A stretch of DNA of 64,000 nt, taken from IMG/VR virus record IMGVR_UViG_3300035520_001860, positions 32,001 to 96,000 of that record; one strand, 5' to 3'. This stretch comes from a virus (taxonomy: Duplodnaviria; Caudoviricetes). The notes under the pieces were generated by a model that was not told where the DNA came from, made no database searches, and saw only the letters and a list, made by a program, of their open reading frames with translations. A program made the translations under genes and the position numbers. Below are positions 18,868-29,781 of the stretch, in pieces (the stretch's first letter is position 1; the number at the start of each line of letters is the position of its first letter).

Positions 18868-20467
18868 TATGTATATAGGAAATATGAGTGAACCACAAGC
18901 AGAACTAATAATGCAGACAAGACAATCCAATGTTATTCCAAATTTAAAGAAAATGCTATTTAATTTTCCTTATGAGCTCATACAACAGAGTATAGAAGAA
19001 CAACAAAGTATAAGAAATATAATTAAAAGAGATAATATAGACTATACACAATACATATCAGAATTAAGAGATTACCAAACAGTGGGGACTGCATTCATGT
19101 ATTTATCACCAAGAAGCATAATCGCCGATGGGTGTGGGCTTGGGAAAACTGCTGAGGTCAGCGCTCTTATCAACTGGTTACTTTATAAAGGTGAAATGAC
19201 AAGATTTCTTATGGCTGTTGAAAATAGTGCTGTTGGTCAAACACAGGCTGAAATTATGAGATTTACTGGACTTTATGTCGTTGCATTACCATCAGAGGCA
19301 GCAAAGCTAAAGAAAGTAATAGAGCACACTGATTGGACAAAAGTTGACGGTATTGTAATTAAGCACAGTACATTAAGAAGTGATGCATTCAGTAAATGGT
19401 TAGCACTGAATATCAATTCTGAAGGGCTATGTAATTTATTTGACACTTTCTTTCTTGATGAATCATCAGTAATAAAGAATGATACAACAAAAATGTATCA
19501 GTATACAAAGAACATATGTCAAATAGTCAAGAGAGTTCATCTTATGAACGCTACTACTTTTGAAACTAGCATTGTTGATATTTATAATCAAATTGATATG
19601 ATGGACCAAACACTGTTACCAAAGAAGTGGAGAATAGAAAAAGAGTTCTGTACATTTACACGTACACAGTACTGGACAAAAGAAAATGGCAAAGCTAAAT
19701 TAAACTGGAGGCATGAACGATCTGGATATAAGAATCAAGCAATATTTAAGGAATCATTGAAACTCGTTTATTTTGGCAGATGTAAAGCAGACATTGGCAT
19801 GGATTTACCACATGTTTACAAAGTGTTTGAAGTAGAGCCAACAAATGCTATGAGTGTTGGGTTATCCAAAGGGTATAGATACAGTGAATTACTTAATTGT
19901 CCAAGTCTAATTCCAGAAGCAAACATACCAATGGATAGAAAGAATGTTCCAAAACTTGATAGGTTATGTGACCTTGTAGAGAATGACTTTTCAGATTCAA
20001 GTATAATGATATATTGTTTTCACATAGAGGCACAGAGAGTAATAGCAGATGAACTTGCAAAGATTGGTAGGAAACCAGTAATACTTAATGGAAGTATCAC
20101 AGATTCAAATGAGAGATACAAGATTCAACAAGATTTTAACAATGGGATTTATGATGTAATCATAACAAACATTAAGAAATCATTAAACTTATATGGTGGG
20201 GATGTTTGTATATTTTATAGCATGGAAACAAATCCTAGTAAGTCTTTTCAAATAGCATCTCGTATAGATAGAAATGTCTCTGATGATATAAAAACATTCG
20301 TTATGTTATTGTATAAAGGCACTGATGAGTATAAGTTCTTTACTACAACAGTTAAGCAGCGAGCAAAAGATGCTAGGGATCTTACAATTGATGCTAAAAC
20401 AACAGTAGATTTCTTCTTTGAATCAATGATGGCAGAGGAAACAGCCGAACTAAATGGTAAAGCCTAA
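18836..20467 (+). CDS. SNF2-family (SF2) helicase/ATPase
   Basis: LRDYQ Q-motif, IADGCGLGKT Walker A, FLDESS Walker B, C-terminal helicase domain (IYCFH, SLNL, QIASRIDR). Confidence 0.85.
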   Translation: MAVKVPTIWNDMYIGNMSEPQAELIMQTRQSNVIPNLKKMLFNFPYELIQQSIEEQQSIRNIIKRDNIDYTQYISELRDYQTVGTAFMYLSPRSIIADGCGLGKTAEVSALINWLLYKGEMTRFLMAVENSAVGQTQAEIMRFTGLYVVALPSEAAKLKKVIEHTDWTKVDGIVIKHSTLRSDAFSKWLALNINSEGLCNLFDTFFLDESSVIKNDTTKMYQYTKNICQIVKRVHLMNATTFETSIVDIYNQIDMMDQTLLPKKWRIEKEFCTFTRTQYWTKENGKAKLNWRHERSGYKNQAIFKESLKLVYFGRCKADIGMDLPHVYKVFEVEPTNAMSVGLSKGYRYSELLNCPSLIPEANIPMDRKNVPKLDRLCDLVENDFSDSSIMIYCFHIEAQRVIADELAKIGRKPVILNGSITDSNERYKIQQDFNNGIYDVIITNIKKSLNLYGGDVCIFYSMETNPSKSFQIASRIDRNVSDDIKTFVMLLYKGTDEYKFFTTTVKQRAKDARDLTIDAKTTVDFFFESMMAEETAELNGKA

Positions 20468-20525
20468 TTATAGACTTTTTCAATAAAAAATAGTAATTAA
20501 ACTTTTTAAAGTGGAGGACACAATA

Positions 20526-21305
20526 ATGAGAAACAAAGCATTAAGCTTAATGTTAATAGCATCTATTTCATTATTAACACTTACAGCATGCGGCGGTGAT
20601 GGAAGTACACTTTCCAGTATGAGTAAATCAGAACTCATAGAAGCATATCAACAGTTATCTGCCCAGTATAGCAGTTTAGAAGATGAGTATGAGCAGCTTG
20701 ACTTATCATATGAAGCACTATCTGCAGATGGAACAGTTACTGAAGCAATCACAACAACTGGTGATGGAACAGGAAGATTTACATTTAACTCAACTGATTC
20801 TAAGATAATTTTTCCAAATTCATTTGTATATCCGAACTCTACTACTATAGTTCCTGACGGAAAAATTAACATCACAAGTTCTGTAGCAATATCACCATCA
20901 TCATCTTGGATTTCAAGAATAAATGGTTCAGCGCTGGAGATTGAGCAGACAGTAAATAGTATATCTGGAACAATCAAGATAAATGCTGTTGAAGATGAAG
21001 TAGACGTTGATTCATTACAGACAGACGTTTTGGAAGAGTGGTTTGACAATGATATAGCATACAGTGGTGTAACATATTCTGATATATTTATTGATGAAGA
21101 CCCGTGTGGAAAACAAGCAGAAACACCTATTTTGATAGATAGTGAAAATGCTTATTTGATTTGCGGTATGGCTGCATACAATGAATATTCTGTAACATAC
21201 GTATTTGTTTATAGAGGAAATCAGGATGCAACAAAGACAGAACTCATTAAGAACTTGATAAATACAATATCAATAAACGGAGATTATCTGTTAGTACAAA
21301 ACTAA
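20526..21305 (+). CDS. Lipoprotein with an N-terminal coiled coil
   Basis: GGAGG RBS then ATG at 20526; lipobox LTAC. Confidence 0.75.
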   Translation: MRNKALSLMLIASISLLTLTACGGDGSTLSSMSKSELIEAYQQLSAQYSSLEDEYEQLDLSYEALSADGTVTEAITTTGDGTGRFTFNSTDSKIIFPNSFVYPNSTTIVPDGKINITSSVAISPSSSWISRINGSALEIEQTVNSISGTIKINAVEDEVDVDSLQTDVLEEWFDNDIAYSGVTYSDIFIDEDPCGKQAETPILIDSENAYLICGMAAYNEYSVTYVFVYRGNQDATKTELIKNLINTISINGDYLLVQN

Positions 21306-21404
21306 TAAACAGATTTAATTATAAGTACTGTGAAGATAATTTGCAGTACTTATAATTTTGCTTTTTAGTATATTAAGGAAAGATAAATTTTTAAGGAGAC
21401 AAAA

Positions 21405-22544
21405 ATGGATTTTTTGGATAATACATTTGAAGAAATGGGCATAACAACTGAAGAAGTATCTGAAACAAATAAAAAGCTTCAGAACGAATGTAAAGAAGTT
21501 GGTATGCAAGTAACTGAAAGTATAGATAATTCAGAAAATCATCAGCAACATAAAATATTCTATGGAATATCAAAAGATGATAGAGAGCAAGCAGTAAAAG
21601 AATTTATCATACCAAAAGCATATATGAATGCATCATTTAGTTCAGAACGTATTCGTGATAATTTAAGAGAATTATACCCAAGAGATTCAAGAAGAACACG
21701 TGGATTTGATGAATATGAAGCAACTTGTAATGGTATTTTATCATCTATAAGAATGAAAAACCTACCAGATAAAAGTTACATCATAGGTGCTCCTAACGGA
21801 TTTGGAAAGAACAGCTTCGTAACAGAGTGCTTAATAACACTTCGTAAACATGGGTTTAATACAGTTCCATACATTTCATTAAATGAATTAGCAGATATAT
21901 CTAATGAAAATGATATCAGAATACAGAGGTCTGAATCAGATTTTATTAGAAGAAGCAGTGACACAAATGATAAAAACATTGTATATTTATTAGATGTTTT
22001 GAAGAGACTTGGTTCACTTGAAGCATTAACAGAAATGAAAAATAATGGAACACTTGATAAGATGGTTGAAAATAAAATATGTAATCCTACACAAGTGGCA
22101 GTTGTGAAGAAAGTATTAAGTGATACAAGTGAAAGAGATACATATGGCAAGCCTAAAATTAAGAATACATATATGTATTTAAAAACTCCAGAAGTAATAA
22201 CAGGTAGATACAGTTACAGTGAGTACATTAACGCGGATTGTTTGTTTGTATTCACTACTGGAATACTTAAAAAAGATATAGAATCAAAAATTTTATATCA
22301 ATTGTTAAATATTAGAGGCGCTAAGGGGTTACCTACAATAGTAATGGTGTCAACATCATTAGATGTGTATACAATGGATAGAAAATTAAAAGAGCAGATA
22401 TGGGATGAAATATTGGCATATTCAGAAAAACAGTACTGTTATGATAGATTATACCACGTGTCATGTTATAGGGATAAAGTTGGAACATCTAAACTTGATG
22501 ACAAAGGAAAAGCTGTTGAACCGGATACTGGAATAGTTCATTAA
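21405..22544 (+). CDS. DnaC/IstB-like AAA+ (helicase-loader-like) protein with a degenerate Walker B
   Basis: YMNASF, IIGAPNGFGKN Walker A, YISLNEL, LYQLLNIRGAKGLPTIVMVS matching the DnaC C-terminal motif; DCLFVFTTG replaces DLLILDDLG. Confidence 0.6.
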   Translation: MDFLDNTFEEMGITTEEVSETNKKLQNECKEVGMQVTESIDNSENHQQHKIFYGISKDDREQAVKEFIIPKAYMNASFSSERIRDNLRELYPRDSRRTRGFDEYEATCNGILSSIRMKNLPDKSYIIGAPNGFGKNSFVTECLITLRKHGFNTVPYISLNELADISNENDIRIQRSESDFIRRSSDTNDKNIVYLLDVLKRLGSLEALTEMKNNGTLDKMVENKICNPTQVAVVKKVLSDTSERDTYGKPKIKNTYMYLKTPEVITGRYSYSEYINADCLFVFTTGILKKDIESKILYQLLNIRGAKGLPTIVMVSTSLDVYTMDRKLKEQIWDEILAYSEKQYCYDRLYHVSCYRDKVGTSKLDDKGKAVEPDTGIVH

Positions 22545-22852
22545 TGGAGAGGAACATCAGCATGAAGATTAATAAAAGTGAACATGTAAGATGCCCCTGG
22601 TGTATAAAAATAAGTACACTTGAAACATGGGAGAATTTGACATATAGTAAATGTACTAATCGAGAGATGAGGAGAGACTATACACATTTATATGATAGTA
22701 AAGCATTTAGTAGAAATACAGAAGCATACTATATGTGTCCTAAGTGTGGAAAATGGAGCAAAGGAAGCCAGCTAAAAATCGTAGATACAGAGTATGAAGC
22801 ATTACAAAAACTAGGTGGAGAACCATTAATTAAAACTAATAAAAAACAGTAG
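22544..22852 (+). CDS. Small Zn-ribbon protein
   Basis: CPWC and CPKC pairs; true start may be the ATG at 22562. Confidence 0.6.
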   Translation: MERNISMKINKSEHVRCPWCIKISTLETWENLTYSKCTNREMRRDYTHLYDSKAFSRNTEAYYMCPKCGKWSKGSQLKIVDTEYEALQKLGGEPLIKTNKKQ

Positions 22853-22888
22853 TAGCAATATGATAGTAAACAATCATTATAAACAAAA

Positions 22889-22926
22889 AATAAACTAGTT
22901 AGGAATAGACCTGACTAGTTTATTTT
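22889..22926 (+). terminator. Terminator-like hairpin containing ACTAGT palindromes
   Basis: AATAAACTAGTTAGG-loop-CCTGACTAGTTTATT. Confidence 0.65.
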
Positions 22927-23114
22927 ATACTCAAAAATAAGTTAAAAGTTTTAAACTAGTTTTGAAAAAGCAAGAACTAGTTTGAAGTTTTGCTATGACA
23001 ATTAAAGATACTCATAATTTACAATTTAAAGTCTTTTTTGATAGGCACTCAAAGATACATTGGTATGAAAATTGGGTAACAATTAAAAAATTGATTAAGG
23101 ATAAGGTGGTTCAA

Positions 23115-24029
23115 ATGATTAATCCTAACGTACATTATAGTGTGACTGGCAGATATATGGATGGTCAAAAGATAATTGGGTATCACTTAGTAGGTGAAGA
23201 TGGAAGCCAGTCTCAAGAGAGTAAAGATAGAGTAATATACTTAATAAAACAAGATATAATCACTAACATGAGAGTTCAAACAGGACCAGATGGTGATATT
23301 ATACTTAGAGGAAAAGGAATAAACCTTAATAAATTACCTGTATATGACCCAAATAAGGATAAATATCGTAATACAGAGAGTTCACAAACAGTAGCAAATA
23401 CACATGTTAGTACTAAAAATTCAACAGTACAAGGTGCAAGTCCAATGGGACAGTACACAATAGTACGAAGAATAATGTTTAAGAGTCAGTGTCTTGGATA
23501 TGAATTGAGAGATCATAGTGGACAGGTAATAAGAAAGAAAAGAGCAGACGTTATAAAATTAGCAGCACAGAGATTAATTAGTAACGCAATAGCACAGAGA
23601 TATACAAGAGAGGGAAGTGGAACAACTGAACTTATTCTGAGAGGTCAAGGGTGTGATTTAAACAAGTTACCTATATTGATTGTAAATGAACAGGGTAAAA
23701 TAGTTGATCCAACTAAAGACACTAGTGGACTTACAGTTAGAAGCGCTTACATGAAACATAGTGGAGTAATCATAGATACTATACATGATAAGAAAGTTCC
23801 TTTCAAAGCTGGAGACTTTATTATTTGTGGACCTAACGGTGAAATATTAATAAAGGACAGAGGAAGTGTAGAAAGGGAGTATAGAAAAGATACTGAGAGT
23901 CAAAGTGCAGTATGTGATGATTACTTAAGTATAACTAAGAGCTACTTTATTGAGGTATTTGGTAACAAACCGATTCAATTATCAGATCAGTTTGTTAGGA
24001 GATGGATTATACTAAAGCCCGCGAGTTAA
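23115..24029 (+). CDS. Protein with two DUF3892-like domains and a C-terminal PGDYG-like domain
   Basis: AAGGTGG RBS before ATG at 23115; two repeats ending ILRGKGINLNKLP and ILRGQGCDLNKLP; GDFIICGPNGE motif. Confidence 0.65.
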   Translation: MINPNVHYSVTGRYMDGQKIIGYHLVGEDGSQSQESKDRVIYLIKQDIITNMRVQTGPDGDIILRGKGINLNKLPVYDPNKDKYRNTESSQTVANTHVSTKNSTVQGASPMGQYTIVRRIMFKSQCLGYELRDHSGQVIRKKRADVIKLAAQRLISNAIAQRYTREGSGTTELILRGQGCDLNKLPILIVNEQGKIVDPTKDTSGLTVRSAYMKHSGVIIDTIHDKKVPFKAGDFIICGPNGEILIKDRGSVEREYRKDTESQSAVCDDYLSITKSYFIEVFGNKPIQLSDQFVRRWIILKPAS

Positions 24030-24050
24030 GAATGGACATAAATAATTGAG

Positions 24051-24093
24051 AATAAATAGCATCTAGCATTTTAGCTGGGTGCTATTTATTTTT
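24051..24093 (+). terminator. Rho-independent terminator
   Basis: AATAAATAGCATCTAGC-loop-GCTGGGTGCTATTTATT plus T tail. Confidence 0.8.
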
Positions 24094-24488
24094 GTGTAAA
24101 ATAACCTATTAGTATAGCAGTAGTGTACTATTAAAAAACAATTTACAGTGTTCCTACAATTTTTAAAAATTATAATCATAAATAATAGATTAGTGGTTAA
24201 TAAAAATTAAAAATTTAACAACAAAATACTATTTTACAGCGTCAAACAATTAATATATGTAGCATTTGGTAAAAATTGAGTAAGCACCAAAGGTTAAAAT
24301 TTTGGGTTGATTTTTGAAAAAATTTCTGTGTAGGTTAATTTGAAAAGATTATGAGATAATATACTATTACAAGACTGTAGTACAAAACATATTAGCAATT
24401 TTACTATTTTAAATACCAATTACAAATAAATATAACCTAAATAAATACAGTTTTATATGATAGGTAGTTTTAATTTTTACATTTTATT

Positions 24489-27425
24489 ATGGAGAATACT
24501 ATGAGTAAGATTGATATTAAGACTTTAAAATTGACAGATGACCAAAAAGAAGTTTATAATGAAGCTATGATTTCACTTGCAAATCATAATCAGGCTGCTA
24601 TACATTTAGTGACAAGTGGTGGTAAGTCATATATCTTAGCAGCTATTCTTGATACTCTTAAGAAGCAGAAGAAGAAAAGACGTAAGAATCTAAGTGTATT
24701 ATACATATCTACTGCTGGGTCATGTACTAACTTTTTAGAGTGTATGTCAGATGAGTATTGGGATGATGTACTGTCAGTCATTAACTATACTCAGCTAAGT
24801 GTCGATGAGAAATATGTGGATAAACTTAATAAAAAGGATTTTGACATCATAGTTCTTGACGAAGCACATCTTGCTCTTGCAGAAAAAACATACAAAGGTG
24901 TATTATATACAGAGAGTAAATATCCAGATGCAGCTATAATTGCAATGTCTGCAAACAACAGAAGATATACAGGCAGAAAGCTTGTATTTGAAATACTGAC
25001 ACCTGAACTTGAAGTTGGTGTAGACTACAATAATAGAGGGTTGAAGTATGCAATAGCAAATGATAAAATATGCAAGTTTAATTACAAGTGCTGTGATATT
25101 AAAAGACTTAAAACATATTGTGATGTGTTTGAACAACTAAGACAAAGAGGATTGATTTATGTAGATGCAGATGATATACTGAATAAAGCAAGAGATATAG
25201 TAGACAGATATAAGAAGAATGCATTTAATAAATTAGGAGTACAGATAAGACAAGATTTGTCAGATATTGGTATTGATGGAAGCAAAGGGGATAGATGGTT
25301 TATCTTCTTTAATACAATAGCTGAACTTGAGGAATCAGCAAGTGCTGTGCAAGATATGTTTGAAACAGCATATAATAGTCAAAATATCACTGTAAAATGT
25401 CATCATTATCATGGCAAAAACAGAGATGTAGAGGATATCGAAAAGATTTTAACAGGTAAATCAACTCCTTATACAGTTGATGTTATAATGACATGTGAAA
25501 AGGGTGGAATGAGCTTTCATCCAGAGAATACACGTGGAATTATTATGAACAGAAAAAGTGGTTCAGAAGTTAAAATCACTCAGCAGTTGGGTAGAACACT
25601 TCAGATTAAAGAGTTATGTTCAGATTGTAAATTGATTTATGACCTTGTTGGAAATAATGAAACAATTGATATAACTCAAACAATCTTTAATGGAAAGCAG
25701 CAGCCTGATGAAAGAGATATTATATCTTGGCTTAATATGAGTACTAACACAGATAAAATGATGGAGTCGCTTGAGAAAGAATATGGTGACACAGGAGAGT
25801 ATTCAACAATTCAAGATGTAGAACTAGAAGACATTCTATCACAATTTGATGAATATAAAGAAAAAGTTGAAAACATACTTTATGCAAAAATCATAGCAAA
25901 CTTATTTGATGTGTATAAGAGTGAACATGATGGAGTTATGAGTGAGCATCCATTAGCTATACTTCGATCTTATGATAAGAGGGCTGAACTCGATAAGAAA
26001 TATGGATTAGCAGATGCATTTTCTGCTTTACAGAAGTTGTTTATTCAAGGCTACTTTGGAAATTATACCATGGATGCAGTACCAGAAGGTAGCGATTTCT
26101 ATAAGATTTATAGTTTACTTGGTGACACATTGTATATGACATCAAAGTGTAATGCTGATGCAACATGGGAGGATAAAGAATACGAAGAAACAGCTAATAT
26201 TAAACTTGTAGAGTTACAGGAGATAGCACTTAAAGTTAAGGGTTATGACTATGACTATGCAAAGAGAATATCACATACAAAGGATTTAAACAATAAGATT
26301 ACAAGACTAAGACAGCTTAATCTTGAAGGTAGACTATCTGAATCTTATCAGAAATACTGCATGAGAAACAAGATAGATATAGATGGAACTTATGTAAACT
26401 TGATAAATGCAGTATTAAGTCTGCCAGAAGCAGATAAGTTTGAAAAGATTACCAAAGAATTTAAAGCCATTGTTTCAAAGATGACAAACATTGAAACACA
26501 GATAGCATGTGGCATAAAAGTAGATGAAATGAGAGATGACTTATTAAAAGTATTTGCAATGCATCAGATATTTAGTATCAGATACAGAAGGCATACTTAT
26601 GGTAATCAGGCTATTATTGCAATAAACGTTAGATTTAGAAATATAATCATTTTAAGAAATAAAATGCTATCTCGTGATGATGTACTAACAGCACAGAAAG
26701 ATATAATGACAATAGTAAGAATAAGAATGTGCAAAGGGGATGCATCACTTAGCAGTAGAATAAATAAGGATTACGAGTTAGCAATGATGCAGTTGTCCAT
26801 TAGAAATGAGAATGGAGCAATTGGAGAATATGAATCGGTCGTACTAGATACATTAGGTATGAGATTTAGAGGTAAGTATGACAGCAAGATTAGAGACTTA
26901 ATAGATCATACTCCATTTGGTATTGCATATAATCAACTGTTAGAAAGCGGTTCTGAAACAGCTTATAACAAGCTTATGGAATACAAAATTGAGAACATGC
27001 CATTGTATTGTAGAAAACTACTTAATACGAAAAAATTCAAGCAGTCAACTGATGAAGTAAAGAGTAACAAATTACTTGTAAAAGACAGTAAGGAGATTAA
27101 ACAGCTTGTGTCAAATTTAGTATTTCCATCTGAACAAGATATAAATGACCTTAAACATAAAGTCGAAACAGAAGAATTTGATCCAAGAAATTTGATTAAG
27201 TATGCAATACCAGAGAAAGTTTATTTAAGTAACAAGAAGTTTCTTGATAGAGCAATTACTGAACAGTGGGGCAGTATAGAGAATAATGTACAGAATATTA
27301 TTCTCTCTATCATTAAGAAAAATACAATGTGTACTGGAGATATTGTAGAATGTCTGTATACTAATAAACTTATACCAGAGATTCAGATGGAATTTGCAGA
27401 CAATGTTATTAAAGTTACACAGTAA
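24489..27425 (+). CDS. SF2 (DEAH) helicase-like protein with a long helical C-terminal extension
   Basis: LTDDQ, VTSGGKS Walker A, IVLDEAH, MSAN motif III, QQLGRTLQ motif VI, LIYDLVGN. Confidence 0.8.
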   Translation: MENTMSKIDIKTLKLTDDQKEVYNEAMISLANHNQAAIHLVTSGGKSYILAAILDTLKKQKKKRRKNLSVLYISTAGSCTNFLECMSDEYWDDVLSVINYTQLSVDEKYVDKLNKKDFDIIVLDEAHLALAEKTYKGVLYTESKYPDAAIIAMSANNRRYTGRKLVFEILTPELEVGVDYNNRGLKYAIANDKICKFNYKCCDIKRLKTYCDVFEQLRQRGLIYVDADDILNKARDIVDRYKKNAFNKLGVQIRQDLSDIGIDGSKGDRWFIFFNTIAELEESASAVQDMFETAYNSQNITVKCHHYHGKNRDVEDIEKILTGKSTPYTVDVIMTCEKGGMSFHPENTRGIIMNRKSGSEVKITQQLGRTLQIKELCSDCKLIYDLVGNNETIDITQTIFNGKQQPDERDIISWLNMSTNTDKMMESLEKEYGDTGEYSTIQDVELEDILSQFDEYKEKVENILYAKIIANLFDVYKSEHDGVMSEHPLAILRSYDKRAELDKKYGLADAFSALQKLFIQGYFGNYTMDAVPEGSDFYKIYSLLGDTLYMTSKCNADATWEDKEYEETANIKLVELQEIALKVKGYDYDYAKRISHTKDLNNKITRLRQLNLEGRLSESYQKYCMRNKIDIDGTYVNLINAVLSLPEADKFEKITKEFKAIVSKMTNIETQIACGIKVDEMRDDLLKVFAMHQIFSIRYRRHTYGNQAIIAINVRFRNIIILRNKMLSRDDVLTAQKDIMTIVRIRMCKGDASLSSRINKDYELAMMQLSIRNENGAIGEYESVVLDTLGMRFRGKYDSKIRDLIDHTPFGIAYNQLLESGSETAYNKLMEYKIENMPLYCRKLLNTKKFKQSTDEVKSNKLLVKDSKEIKQLVSNLVFPSEQDINDLKHKVETEEFDPRNLIKYAIPEKVYLSNKKFLDRAITEQWGSIENNVQNIILSIIKKNTMCTGDIVECLYTNKLIPEIQMEFADNVIKVTQ

Positions 27426-27649
27426 CTATATTTTAACAAGATACAAAACAATTATACAGTGAAATTATAAAAATTGACACTAATAAATATAGGGTAATCT
27501 GTGCTAATTTTTAGTATACAGTATTATATATTTGAATAATCTGGGCAAACAGCATTATTGTATAATAAGTATGATTTATTATTAGTTAATTATTTTAAAA
27601 AATAATTGATTAAAACATGTAAAATTTATTTAGGAGGACATACGGAAAG

Positions 27650-29659
27650 ATGGCTAATCAAGTACAAACTGACAATCGTAACATGAAACGATTGAAAGAC
27701 GAACAACAGGTTAGACAAAGACCAGCGCCTATATTCGGAACCAATGATGAAAAAGGTGCATTTCATTCAGTAGATGAGGTTATAGCAAACTCTATTGATG
27801 AGGCACGCGAGGGATATGGTAAGGAAATTGATATTACTGTTGAAGAAGGAAATGTAGTCACAGTAGAAGATAGTGGACGTGGACTTCCAATGGATTGGAA
27901 CGAAGCAGAGAAGATGTACAACTGGGAGTTAGCACTTTGTACATTGTATGCATCAGGTAAATATGATGCATCTCAGTATGGACAGTCACTTGGACTTAAT
28001 GGACTTGGACTTACAGCAACACAGTATGCATCAGACTTCATGGAAGTATGGTCAACATATGGTGGTAAGACAAGATACATGCAGTTCTCAAAAGGAAAAC
28101 CAGTAGGTCAGATGAAAATAATGAACCCAGTTAGAGAGGGAACAGGTACAAAGATTCGATTCAGACCAGACCCAGAAGTATTCCCAGCATTGAGATATAA
28201 TAAACTTACACCTGATATGTTTGTTGATATGCTTAATAGTCAAGCAATGCTTTTAGATGGACTTGCAATTAACTTTAAACATTGTGACTTGACAAACACA
28301 ATTGTGTTTAAGTACGATGGTGGAATGGCAGAGTATGTAGATAGAGTAGTTGAAGACAAGAAAATATTACCAGAGGCTGCATACTTCTTTGATAGTGAAA
28401 CAGGAACAGATGACCCAGAACATGATGCTATGAATGACATTCCAAACTATAAGGTTGATATGCGATTAGCATTTAACTTCTGTAGAGATAGAAGCGTTGT
28501 AAGAGTATATCATAACGGTTCAAACATGTTCGAGGGTGGAGTTACAGTAGATGGATTACAAAGAGGTATTGTTGGTGCTTTCTCTGATGTAGCAAAGGCT
28601 ACTGGTAAGATAAGTAAATCAGACAGATTTTCATACAAAGACATTGAGAGCATGCTAATCTGTGTAGCTAGTACAGATGCACCAGGTAATAGAACATGGT
28701 TTAAAAACCAGACAAAAGGAGCAATCAATAACCCATTCATTGGTAAGGCATTTGCACAGTTTGTATATAACAAAATACGTTACTGGTTAGAACAGAATAC
28801 AGCTTTAGCTACAAAAGTAATTGCAGAAGCAGTTATCAATAAAAAAGCTCGTGAGGAAGCTGCAGAAGTATCTAAGAAAGTCGTTCGTTCTTTAAGTAAA
28901 TCAGTTAACTTTTCAAACAAGCCAAAAGATTTTAGAGATTGTTCTAGTAAGAATATCTTTGAAAGAGAGCTATATATCGTAGAAGGACGTTCCGCACTCG
29001 GTAGTGTAAAACTAGCATGTAATCCAAAATTTCAGGCTGTAATGCCTGTTAGGGGCAAGCCTATCAACTGTCTAAAGGAAAACATAACAAGAGTACTCAA
29101 TAACGATATTATTATTGACTTATACAGAGTATTTGGTTGTGGAATGGAAGTTAAGCATAAGAACTTGGAGGATTTACCAAAGTTTGATATTACAAAACTC
29201 AACTGGGGAAAATTAATCATATGTACTGATGCCGATGTTGATGGAAACCATATCAGATGTTTGTTAATTACAATGTTCTATATTCTTAGTCCTAGTCTGC
29301 TAAAGGCTGGTAAAGTTTATATTGCAGAAACTCCATTGTATGAGATGACATACAAGAAAGAAACAAAATTTGCATTTGATGATAATGAGAAAGAGCAAGT
29401 GCTTGCTTACTTCAAAAACATGGGAGCAAAGGATGGACAGGTAAAGATTCAGCGTTCTAAGGGATTAGGTGAGAACGATCCTGAGATGATGAGTTTATCA
29501 ACAATGAATCCTGAGACAAGACGACTCATTAGAGTTGAATATCCTGAGAATGACTCTGATTTAAGAACATACTTCAATGCATTACTTGGAGATGACCTTG
29601 AAGCAAGACGAGCATTAATTGATGAGTATTTTGATTTAGTTGATGGAAACTTAGACTAA
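27650..29659 (+). CDS. gyrB: Type IIA DNA topoisomerase subunit B (GyrB/ParE-like)
   Basis: EVIANSIDE, VEDSGRGLP, GLNGLG GHKL motifs; Toprim IVEGRSA, PVRGK, ICTDADVDG; KGLGE. Gyrase versus Topo IV activity not resolved. Confidence 0.92.
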   Translation: MANQVQTDNRNMKRLKDEQQVRQRPAPIFGTNDEKGAFHSVDEVIANSIDEAREGYGKEIDITVEEGNVVTVEDSGRGLPMDWNEAEKMYNWELALCTLYASGKYDASQYGQSLGLNGLGLTATQYASDFMEVWSTYGGKTRYMQFSKGKPVGQMKIMNPVREGTGTKIRFRPDPEVFPALRYNKLTPDMFVDMLNSQAMLLDGLAINFKHCDLTNTIVFKYDGGMAEYVDRVVEDKKILPEAAYFFDSETGTDDPEHDAMNDIPNYKVDMRLAFNFCRDRSVVRVYHNGSNMFEGGVTVDGLQRGIVGAFSDVAKATGKISKSDRFSYKDIESMLICVASTDAPGNRTWFKNQTKGAINNPFIGKAFAQFVYNKIRYWLEQNTALATKVIAEAVINKKAREEAAEVSKKVVRSLSKSVNFSNKPKDFRDCSSKNIFERELYIVEGRSALGSVKLACNPKFQAVMPVRGKPINCLKENITRVLNNDIIIDLYRVFGCGMEVKHKNLEDLPKFDITKLNWGKLIICTDADVDGNHIRCLLITMFYILSPSLLKAGKVYIAETPLYEMTYKKETKFAFDDNEKEQVLAYFKNMGAKDGQVKIQRSKGLGENDPEMMSLSTMNPETRRLIRVEYPENDSDLRTYFNALLGDDLEARRALIDEYFDLVDGNLD

Positions 29660-29680
29660 TAATCAAATATAAATGAGATT

Positions 29681-29721
29681 AAAAATAGGAGCATATATTA
29701 AAAATATGTTCCTATTTTTTT
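29681..29721 (+). terminator. Rho-independent terminator
   Basis: AAAAATAGGAGCATAT-loop-ATATGTTCCTATTTTT. Confidence 0.8.
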
Positions 29722-29781
29722 ACATTGTTAATAATATTATTATAAAATCAATTTTTTAAAATTTAGAAACAGGAGATTAAA

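Noticed and set aside
27474-27502. TTGACA upstream of gyrB as a sigma-A promoter
   Set aside because: No acceptable -10 hexamer at 16-18 bp spacing
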